From positions 189,924-253,923 of the forward strand of contig JAAOMT010000222.1 in the NCBI GenBank assembly GCA_016748015.1: a stretch of DNA of 64,000 nt. Reading direction: 5' to 3'. This document shows, one piece after another, positions 37,157 through 47,331 of this stretch; position 1 is the first letter of the stretch, and each line of letters begins with the position of its first letter. The position numbers and the translations under genes were made by a program. The DNA is from Geosiphon pyriformis uo1 (taxonomy: Eukaryota > Fungi > Glomeromycota). The notes below the pieces were generated by a model that did not search any database, was not told the origin of the DNA, and saw only the letters and a list, made by a program, of their open reading frames with translations.

Positions 37157-37852
37157 GTCAAAATCCACTTTGTTTTTTATTGTATGGGTAATTATTTATA
37201 TCTGCCACAACAATCAGAAAAACACTTTAAAGCATACAACAAAAATGATCTAGACTTTATTGAACTCAATCTTTTGCCCTCCTGCTTGATTTGCTTCCTT
37301 ATTGAAGAACAATCCAGCAAACAATTCCAAGACTTTTGAAACTGGTTTCTAAATGAGCATTCAGCTGAAACCTACACAGCCTATACAACTTATTACTTTG
37401 ATTAAGCTTATTTTGAAAACAACTTTAAAAAAAGAAACAACAGCATCAATTAGCTTTTATATTTCACAAACTTTGAACAACAGCCCCCTGATTTCGAATA
37501 TCTGAATCATCAAATCTATACTTGGATTGCTGCTCATCAATTAACTGAAACTTTTCTTGAAACAGAAGAAAAAAGCTATCAAACTGCTCCTGTTTTTGAT
37601 TTCTTTTTAAGTAAATTAAATTACTCTATTCAAACAGTAACTCCTGAACCAATGGCTAATGATTCTATACAACAGAATATTTTGATTGCTTTTCAAGACA
37701 TACAAACTGCTTTGGGAAAAAGAAACAACACTTTATTACTCTTGTTTAGAGGTAATACACAAGATCCAATTGAATGATTAGATGATTTTGAAAAAGCTGC
37801 CACAGCCAACCAACATGATAATGAATATAAGTTCCAAATTGTTGGTGGCTAT

Positions 37853-38702
37853 TGTTATGGGATGGTTTTCTTGTTATATTTAATTGCTGATATCCTGCTT
37901 TAATTGCAATCAGTCTTTCGTGAGTTCCTCAATTCTATTTGTGTGATAATGTCACTGTTACACTGAAGGCTTTCTTTTTTACTGTTGCGATGTAAGTTAT
38001 TCTTTAATTCTTGATTGTTGTGTGTGTTTATGTACTCCTTCTCAGAGACTGAACTGAAATCTACCCACTGTCTGGGGTCTTCTCTGAGGCTATCCTTGCA
38101 ATTGCTTGATGTGTTTCTCTAATCTAAAAACACAGAATGTTAATAGTCTTTAGCACTTTTCTAATTCTCACAATAAAGCTTTTATCAATTAGTAACAACG
38201 TGAATAATCTTGATCAAGGATTATTCTTCCAAGGGTTTCAGTTAATGAATGATAGTTTCATTCAATAAATAATACAAATAAGTTTCTTAATACTTTGGAT
38301 TGTGATAGTTCAGTTTTAAATATTTCTTTTTGATTTTTAAAGGTTTCTTGGGATATTTAATTTGAAAGTATGATTTAAAGTGGAGTTTGTTGGATAAAAT
38401 TGGATCTATTGCTTGATAAGTTATGATTTTTATTACTTGATTCTTTTATTTCCCAATATTAAAACTACTGTATATATACATGTTTGTAGTTCTACGAGAA
38501 AATACTTTCTTTTTGATATTTCAACCTGGTGTTTGCTGCTATCACCAGTTGGTGTTGGCTGCTATTGTAAACTGGTGCTTGCCACTATTGCGAGATGGTG
38601 TTTGCTACTATGTTAATCATTACCTTTCTAAGATTATTACTGTGCTATATTATGATTGAATAGTTTGTATTATTTTTATGATTTTTTTTGCTAAATTCTT
38701 AA
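37853..38702 (-). repeat. G3 3' LTR (last ~8 nt and the PPT lost in an N gap)
   Basis: Direct repeat of 46474-47323 with about 14 substitutions counted by eye. Confidence 0.95.
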
Positions 38703-38722
38703 NNNNNNNNNNNNNNNNNNNN

Positions 38723-39046
38723 TCACTTATTTCTATTTCTTCCATTATTAATGTATTGCCCAATGCTATCTCTAATTTTTCAATAACTTTGCTAATAAAT
38801 TTGTTGTTATATTTGGCAATATTATATGATTCGAAATTATGTTCTTTTCTTGTTTTTGGATTTTCTATTGTTCTTTTTATGTATGTTATTTTAGAGCTAT
38901 TAACTGTGATTTCTAGATCGGATTTTAATTGTTGTAAGCTTTCAACTAATTGTTGAGTTATATTGTTGAGTTATATTGTTGATGTTTTCTGGAATAAGTA
39001 TTATTGTTTTAATTTTGACTGTTATTTTGGAATCTTTTGCATGCAT
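38723..39046 (-). pseudogene. G3 ORF3, N-terminal part (13-bp duplication frameshift; remainder in the gap)
   Basis: After removing the duplication it reads MHAKDSK..IPENINNITQQLVESLQQLKSDLEITVNSSKITYIK, which aligns to the G1/G2 ORF3 N-terminus. Confidence 0.7.
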
Positions 39047-39088
39047 TTTTATGGTTGTTAAATCATTTTTGCTGTGATCTAAGATTAA

Positions 39089-40077
39089 TTATCTTTTCGA
39101 ATAATGTTCAATTAAAACTATTGGTTCTAAATCTCGTGAAATTTGTTCTGGTAGAATTAAAGGTAATTGTGTTTCAATTCTGGGTGTTTTTGTTGTTATT
39201 ACTGGTTTATTGTAATAGAATTTCAGCCAGTTACTATGTACTGTTTTTCTTAATATTTTATCATCTAGTCTTAGCTTGTATGCTCCATTTCCAAGTATTT
39301 TGTGAATATAAAATGGTCCATCCCACTTGTGATCAAATTTTCCACTCCACTGTTTTTCCATTTTTGTATGATGCAACAATACTTTAACTCCAATTTTGTA
39401 GTTAATTATATTATCTGGTAACTGGTTATCATGTCTCACTTTTTGTTGTTCTTGTGATTGTTCAATATTTTGTGCTGCTTTTCTTCTTTTGTTTTCTAAA
39501 GTTCCCATTAATTCGTATGTTCTTCTAAGTAGTGNNNNNNNNNNNNNNNNNNNNCATCAGCTGTTTTAATAGCTCTAGCTTCTGGCCATTTGGTGAGATA
39601 GTCCATGGCTACTGCAATATAACGGTTGTTTCTTGTTGTTATTGGTAAGGATCTAACTAAATCAATTCCGATTCTGTCAAATGGCTGTCCAACTTTTATT
39701 GGTCTTAATAATTCCATTGTTTTTGCTCCTCCTCTTCGTTGGCATGGGTCACAATTTCTTATGTATTGGATTATGTCTGAGCTCATTTTTGGCCAATAGT
39801 AACGGCTAGTTGCACGTTGGATGATTGCTGTTTTTCCAAAGTGGCCTGAATGAATATCTGAGTGCATGTTAAATAAGATAGTTTTTTTTTTATCCGTGGT
39901 TATAACTCTTAATGAATTATCTGGATTTTGTCGATTCCGGTAATAAAGTATGTGATTTTGGATGAAATAGTGTTTTGCTAATTTTTGGAGCTTAATTAGC
40001 TCTTTTACTGGCATTTCTTCGTCTATTTGTAGTGTTTCCAAATATTGGCTGAGGTTTTTGTAAAGGTGGTTGTTTAT
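39089..40077 (-). pseudogene. G3 integrase, stand-alone ORF (core partly lost in a gap; start codon reads ATA)
   Basis: (M)NNHLYKNLSQYLETL, H..HSGHFG..CDPC, GIDLV, MDYLTKWPEA, KWDGPF. Confidence 0.9.
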
Positions 40078-40424
40078 TGTTGTTGTGGTGGGTGGGTTGG
40101 TGATTTTTATGTGTGTCTCATTCTTGACAAACAGTCGGCATTAGCATTTTTGGTACCTTTTTTGTATTTGATAATATAATCGTATGGTGCTAACGTTTGT
40201 GACCATCTGGTGTATTTTCCTTTTAGCGCTTTCTTGTTATTTAACCAAACCAGACCTCTATGATCTGTCGTAATTTCAAAGGGTTGGTACCATAAATATG
40301 TGTCAAAGTGAACACAACTCCAGACTACTGCTAAGCATTCAAGTTCATGTGCTGCGTAGTTTTGTTCTGCCGTACTGAGACTTCTGCTGGCATAAGCGAT
40401 TACANNNNNNNNNNNNNNNNNNNN

Positions 40425-40873
40425 AGTGTAGAAAACCATTTTGCTCCTCCAAAAACGTCGAAGATTTTGTCAATTAACAGTATTGGGTATGAGTCTTTGG
40501 TTGTTTTGCTGTTTAGTTTGCAATAGTCGACGCAAAATCTAATTTTTCCATTCTTTTTCCTTACTAAAACAACTGGTAAGGACCATGGGCTCATTGATGG
40601 TTGTATTATTCCTTTTTCTAACATGCTTTGGACTTCTTCTCTGATAAAATTATGCTCCATTGGTGGGACACGGTAAGCACGTTGTTTTTTAGGTCTGGCA
40701 TCTCCAGTGGAGATTTGGTGTTGAACCAAGTTGGTTCTTCCAAATTCGCCATTTCTTGAAAATATATCAGAGTATTTTAAAATTAATGCTTTTAATTGTC
40801 GCTGTTGGTCGGGATCCATTGTTCCAATGTTTAATTTGGCCAATTCTTCTGGCGTAAATTGATAGCATTCTAC
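40425..40873. other. Assembly artefact: copy of 41677-42125 between two N gaps
   Basis: Apparently identical 449-bp sequence bounded by 20-N spacers; the flanks 40318-40404 and 40894-40980 also overlap. Confidence 0.9.
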
Positions 40874-42518
40874 NNNNNNNNNNNNNNNNNNNNCTCCAGA
40901 CTACTGCTAAGCATTCAAGTTCATGTGCTGCGTAGTTTTGTTCTGCCGTACTGAGACTTCTGCTGGCATAAGCGATTACACGTTCTCTTCCATTATCATC
41001 TTTTTGTGACAGAATGGCTCCAAGTCCAGTTCCAGAGGCATCTGTGGCCAAAATGAATTTCTTGTTGAAATTCGGATAGATCATTATTGGTGATTCAATG
41101 AGCTTTTGTCTAAGGTACTCAAAAGCTTTTTGTTGTGCTTCAGTCCATTCAAACTTCACATTTTTAGATAGTAAGTAATTAAGGGGTTTGGCGATGTTTG
41201 AAAAATTTTCTACAAAGTGGCGGTAGTAAGATGCGAGTCCTAAAAAGCTTCTAACTTCTGAGACATTTTGAGGTACTGGAAAATTTTTCACTTTGTCTAT
41301 TTTTGATGGATCTGGTTTTATTCCATCTTTTCCAACTATGTGTCTTAAAAATGCTAGCTCATTTTTCCCAAAGAAACATTTTTCTAGATTTAGTTTAAGT
41401 CCAGCGTGTCTCAATCTCTCAAAAACTTATTGTAAATGTTGGAGATGATCCGTGAATTTTGACGAGAAAACATTTGTATCATCCAAGTAGACAACAACAG
41501 ATTGCCATAGGATTCCGGAGTAAATTACGTCCATTAGTCTTTGGAATGTCACGGGAGCGTTTGTTAATCCAAATGGCATTACATTGAACTCATAATTGCC
41601 ATTTTGTGTTGTGAATGCTGTTTTATGCCTGTCCTTTGGGTCTATTTCCACTTGCCAGTACCCACTGGTCAAGTCCAGTGTAGAAAACCATTTTGCTCCT
41701 CCAAAAACGTCGAAGATTTTGTCAATTAACAGTATTGGGTATGAGTCTTTGGTTGTTTTGCTGTTTAGTTTGCAATAGTCGACGCAAAATCTAATTTTTC
41801 CATTCTTTTTCCTTACTAAAACAACTGGTAAGGACCATGGGCTCATTGATGGTTGTATTATTCCTTTTTCTAACATGCTTTGGACTTCTTCTCTGATAAA
41901 ATTATGCTCCATTGGTGGGACACGGTAAGCACGTTGTTTTTTAGGTCTGGCATCTCCAGTGGAGATTTGGTGTTGAACCAAGTTGGTTCTTCCAAATTCG
42001 CCATTTCTTGAAAATATATCAGAGTATTTTAAAATTAATGCTTTTAATTGTCGCTGTTGGTCGGGATCCATTGTTCCAATGTTTAATTTGGCCAATTCTT
42101 CTGGCGTAAATTGATAGCATTCTACCGGTTGTTGCCAATTTATTGAAGTGAGTTCACAGTAGAGGGCAATTTCTGGGAAATTTAGAATTTCTTGTGGTGT
42201 TGACGCGTTTTCTAGCTCCGTTCTGAGGTATCCAATGATGGTATCTTCCGGAATGTAGACGGGTTCTTCTGTGGTGTTTGCGATAGGAATTTTTATCCAT
42301 TGAGCTTTATCAGCTGGAATAAAAAGGTTAGTAAGTCCTATGAGAAACTGTTGGCAAGTTTCTGGGTAGGGCTCAAATATTAGGTCTTTTTCTTTAATTG
42401 TCTTTTTTATTCTTATTTCTGATTTTCCATATGGTAGGAGCGTAATGGACCGCTCATTTTTAATTACTTCGCCTTTTTCCCCTATTGTTTCAGTAAAATT
42501 TGCTTCAATTCCTTTTCC

Positions 42519-42930
42519 TGTCGATCCGAAACCAAAAGTTCCTCTCGTTGTTTGTGACAATTCCTCATGATTTTCCACTGACACGAATTTCCCAATTTTT
42601 ACCAATGGTAAGAAAATTGCTTGTGCAATCTTTTCCTTAGATTCAATGGTATAAGGCTTTTCTGAATTGTTCTGTAGCAAAACCATCAAATTTCCAGTGT
42701 ATTCAGAGTCAATTACTCCTCCTTGAATGCTTATTCCTTTTTTCGCGAGGCTTAATCGCGACGCCATTTGAACCATTATTCCTGGCGGAATTTCAACCGC
42801 TATTTTTAGGTCAATTTTGGTGATGCTCCTGGGTGGTAATGTTGTGGATTGGTCTTCCAAATAATGTAGATCGAATTCGGCGTCAGTTGGATAGGCTCTT
42901 TCAGGTATTATTCCTAAGTGCCCGTTGTCG
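42519..42930 (-). other. dut: Trimeric-type dUTPase domain within G3 pol
   Basis: All five motifs present: TDAEFDL, ASRLSL, GGVIDSEYTG, KIAQ, RGTFGFGSTG. Confidence 0.93.
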
Positions 42931-45900
42931 AAGTATCGGATGTCGGTCACCTGTTCTAGGTCGGTATAGGTTACAAATTTTTCTGACTCAGGACCGTTAG
43001 ATGAGTCTTGTTGATTTATTGATTGATTTTGAGACTGCTGATTCTCAATTTCCATTTTTCTTTCTAAGTCCTTTTCGTTTTGACACTCTTCACAGCACTG
43101 ACTTTGGCACGGGATTAGACAGTTTTCGCAGAGGTAAGTGTTGATTTGGGCGAGGTATTGTTCTTGCTCTTGTCGAGTGGGACATAGTTGTTGGTAGTAG
43201 TCCTGGAATTCGTCCACTGGGTTGAACATGTTGTAGCTGGCGACTTCGTCGGCTACTTCGGCTAACTCTTTCCAACGTCATATTTCTTCAGTGGTTCCTC
43301 CTCTTACTTTGGCTTGTGCGGTGTTGTACAACTCGTCCTCGTCGTGTGGATAGTGCTGTAGTCTTTTTAACGCTCTGTTGAATGCTGCTTCGAACGGCGT
43401 TCCTTCTCTTACCCAGTCACAGATAAGGATCGTGTATTGGCAAGTTGCGTCACACGTTCCTCCTCTGCCTGGTAAGTCGTTCCAGTCGCACCCTCTTGGT
43501 AATGGTTCTCCACAAGCGAGGCACGGTTCCTCATCCCATTTTCCGTGTCTTTCTGGGTAACCGTATTTTTCTTTGTTACAACGGTTACAATAGTAGTGGG
43601 TGGGGTTTCTTGGGTCTTTGTCCGGTGCGCTGCACGCAGTCATAGACGAGAGTTTCTTCTTGCAAACCGAGCATTCTAGCTTTGGTCTGCATTGCTGGTG
43701 GTTTTTTCGTGAACTTACCTGGTTCCATTCGGATCTTTCTTCGCTGGTCCATGTTGGTATGGCTGGTAGTCCTGTTCTTTGGTCATCAGCCCAAGAGAGC
43801 TGATAGGTTTCGATGGCTGGTAGTGCTGGATTTTCCTCAAATTCGAAGGTAGGTCTTTGGTTGGCGCTGGGTTTTTGGAAGTGGCCACAGGTGGCTGGAA
43901 TTTTGGCCTGGTGGCCATTATAATTGATCAGAAGCTCTTGGGTGGTCCAGTCTAAAGTGGCGTTGGCTTTTGTTAGCCAGTCATTCCCTACTAACGCTTG
44001 ATATTGTGTAGCGTCTATTACTAATACTTTTGTAGGTATTACTATGCCGTTAATTTCGAAAGAGAATGAGTCGATTTTGCCATAAGGCAGCTTTGTACTT
44101 CCATCAGCTGTTATGATTTGGGATGTCGCGGCACAATCAACTTTGAAACCCAGTTGGTTTACTAGTTGAAGCGTTACAATGCTTCCAGCGGATCCGCTGT
44201 CTAAGATAAGTTTGATTGGGGTATTGTTTACAGTGGCTTCCGTATACATAGCAGTGATTGGGCGTTTTTCGTCCAATGCTGCTCCACTGAACATAGCCTC
44301 GTTTTCCTCTAATTCAAAAGAAAAAATAGCTGCAAGGCTGCTATCTTCAGTGGCAACTGCTGGTGGTATTGTCTGGCTCAATTTGGAGGAATTTTTGGTT
44401 CTGTTTATGTTTCTACCATTATTGTTTCCGATGATCAGGTTTTCTGGTATATTAAGGTAAGTTTGTTGATAATTTTGGTAGTTTGGATTGGTTTGCTGAT
44501 TGGTTCTGGTGCAGTTTGGATTCCTCTGGACCAATGCGTTCTGGTTCCACATGGGCTGATTTCGGGCCTCGGGACGCCAATTCGGGTTGGCTATCATGGG
44601 CTGTTGCTGGTAAGCTCCTTGATTTTGATACGTGGTGGGATATTGGCGTGGTATTGGCGTGTACTGGTTTCTGGACATTTGGGGTGGCGCGTAGTAATTA
44701 TTTTCGCATGCTTCCTGCATCATTCGCGTTCGACATTGACTAATCAAATGTCCTACGCATTTGCAAAAATGGCAGGCGCATGTTTCTGTTCTGAATTCCT
44801 GGCGCGACGAGCGATTATTTCAACTGTCGCTGACTTTCTGGCTGCGTCTTTGGGGTGGTTGGTATGTATTTTTTCTCGGATCCGGGATGAGGTAACTTTC
44901 TATTTTCTTAGAGAGTTCCTCCCCTAATCGCATTACTCTTTTCTCTAATGTTTCTGTCTTATTTTCCTCCATTACTATGTTAACCATTTGACTATGATTA
45001 GCTTCTTTCTCAGCCGATTTAAGGGCTCTGGTGAGCGTAATGGCTTCTGGTAAGGAATTAGGGTGGGCAGGGCATACTCTTCCTAAAATGCTGCTTTTTA
45101 ATCCTCTAATAAACTGATTTAAAACCTGAGGATCAGTGTAGTATCCTTGTTCAATCGCTTCAATCTGACGGCGAATTCGATTGAATCGAGCAAGGTATTG
45201 GGTGACAGTTTCACTGGTATTTTGCTTGATAGTATTGAATTCGTTCTGTAGTTGGATTATGGCATTTGGGTTACTAAAATACTTCAGGAGTGTATTTTTA
45301 AATTCGGCGAAGCTCGTGGGTTTTGTTTCCAGGCTTTGATACCACGAGTTGGTTGTGCCTTTCAGGAAGAAAGGTAATGTTTGAATTGCTTTTTGGTCGT
45401 TCCAGTTATTTGCCTGGATGGCTTTTTGTGCTTCTCTGAGCCATGTGTGCATATCCGTTTCTTCTTCCTCTCCTGAGAAATCTGTTAGTCTTGCAATGTA
45501 TGGTGTGGTCATTTCGTTGCCATTTTCTGCTGGTGGGTTTATTGGTCTAAGAGGAGGTGGGATGATATTTCCTTGAGCGTTCCTAAAGGTGGCTTCCCTT
45601 ATATCCGGTTCTTCCTCTTGATCATGAGTTTTTTGGTTTCTGAACTGGCTGCTTGTTCCAGTGACTGGTCTTGTGATTGTTTTTTTGCTGGTCTCTTTTT
45701 CGGATTCTGATTCAGACTCCTCTTCACGGTTTTCAAACCCCGTTCTAAATTTTGGCTGAAAAAGAGGGTTTTGGAATAGTGATGAATATCCTCCTGTAAT
45801 TGGTATGTCTCCCCAGTTACATTGTTTAATTTTATCAATATAACTAGGAGTTCTTGGCATTTGTGAAGTTGATGTTGATGATGATGCAGCTCCTAATGGA

Positions 45901-46453
45901 ATTTGTATCTTATTTTCTGGTGAAAAATGGTATGATTTATCTTCTGGTGAATAAATACGTTGTTTTTTTATTGATTGAGTGACAGTTTTCTTTGGTGTTT
46001 GAGCTGGTGTTCCTAGTTTTTGCTGGTTACTTTCCTGATTAGTTTCTAAATTTTCTTTGGTTTTGTTGGCGCGTTCCCTAGTGTTTCCTGTGGATATTAG
46101 AAAATTTTTGTTGGCATATTGCTCAATTTCTTGATGGATTTTGACAATAGTTGCGGCTATTACTGCTACTTCTTTTGTAGTGTATTGTGATAATTCTCTA
46201 TACAATTCAAGTTTTGCGTCGTGTGGTTTTTCTTCCTTTCCTATATGATAATTTATTCTGGCGTTGATATAATAAGTGAGGGCAGATTCTGCTGAACAAC
46301 ACCCTTCTGGTAATCCAAGATCACTTTGATTTTGTGTGTAAATAGCACGGCAGAATTCAAGAACAGTAAGATTAGGGGTTTTTGTCGCCACTTTTGTCTT
46401 TTCCTTTTTAGCAATGAATTATTGCTAATTATTATTTCCTTTTTGATTTTCTT

Positions 46454-46471
46454 TTCTCGTAGGGTTCACCA
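46454..46471 (-). promoter_or_regulatory. G3 primer binding site TGGTGAACCCTACGAGAA (tRNA-Trp-like)
   Basis: 2 nt after the 5' LTR; resembles the complement of eukaryotic tRNA-Trp 3' ends (TGGTGA(A/C)CCCGACG). Confidence 0.75.
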
Positions 46472-46473
46472 AA

Positions 46474-47331
46474 TGTTACTGGATGGTTTTCTTGTTATAT
46501 TTAATTGCTGATATCCCGCTTTAATTGCAATCAGTCTTTCGTGAGTTCCTCAATTCTATTTGTGTGATAATGTCACTGTTACACTGAAGGCTTTCTTTTT
46601 ACTGTTGCGATGTAAGTTATTCTTTAATTCTTGATTGTTGTGTGTGTTTATGTACTCCTTCTCAGAGGCTGAACTGAAATCTACCCACTGTCTGGGGTCT
46701 TCTCTGAGGCTATCCTTGCAATTGCCTGATGTGTTTCTCTAATCTAGAAACACAGAATGTTAATGGTCTTTAGCGCTTTTCTAATTCTCACAATAAAGCT
46801 TTTATCAATTAGTAACAACGTGAATAATCTTGATCAAGGATTATTCTTCCAAGGGTTTCAGTTGATGAATGATAGTTTCATTCAATAAATAATACAAGTA
46901 AGTTTCTTAATACTTTGGGTTGTGATAGTTCAGTTTTAAATATTTCTTTTTGATTTTTAAAGGTTTCTTGGGATATTTAATTTGAAAGTATGATTTAAAG
47001 TGGAGTTTGTTGGATAAAATTGGATCTATTGCTTGATAAGTTATGATTTTTATTACTTGATTCTTTTATTTCCCAATATTAAAACTACTGTATATATACA
47101 TGTTTGTAGTTCTACGAGAAAATACTTTCTTTTTGATATTTCAACCTGGTGTTTGCTGCTATCACCAGTTGGTGTTGGCTGCTATTGTGAACTGGTGCTT
47201 GCCACTATCACGAGATGGTGTTTGCTACTATGTTAATCATTACCTTTCTAAGATTATTACTGTGCTATATTATGATTGAATAGTTTGTATTATTTTTATG
47301 ATTTTTTTTGCTAAATTCTTAAACCGTAACA
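46474..47331 (-). repeat. G3 5' LTR (858 bp)
   Basis: TGTTAC...GTAACA termini; adjacent PBS and TSD. Confidence 0.96.

Larger units (their letters stand above)
40107..46391 (-). pseudogene. G3 single-frame gag-PR-Cys-rich-dUTPase-RT-RNase H polyprotein with three point-mutation stops
   Basis: ORFs 44820-46391, 43278-44747, 41427-43229 and 40767-41414 are in the same frame, separated by TGA, TGA and TAA (plausibly CGA, CGA, CAA). Motifs CHFCK.VGHLISQC, LILDSGS, VYLDD, ATDASG; ends LSRMRHT-TAA. Confidence 0.94.
37853..47331 (-). mobile_element. G3: youngest Ty3/Gypsy-like element with dUTPase, nested in G4 gag; contains four assembly gaps
   Basis: 858-bp 5' LTR, near-identical 3' LTR, TSD CTAT (37849-37852 / 47332-47335), long ORFs, CpG retained. 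Confidence 0.96.

Noticed and set aside
40405-40893. Apparent second RT fragment or internal duplication in G3
   Set aside because: Identical to 41677-42125 and bounded by 20-N spacers with overlapping flanks; a scaffolding artefact.
44820-44822. TGA ending the 523-aa G3 gag ORF as a programmed readthrough site
   Set aside because: It lies before the zinc knuckle, is not shared by G1/G2, and is explained by CGA>TGA decay; the same applies to 43278 and 41427.
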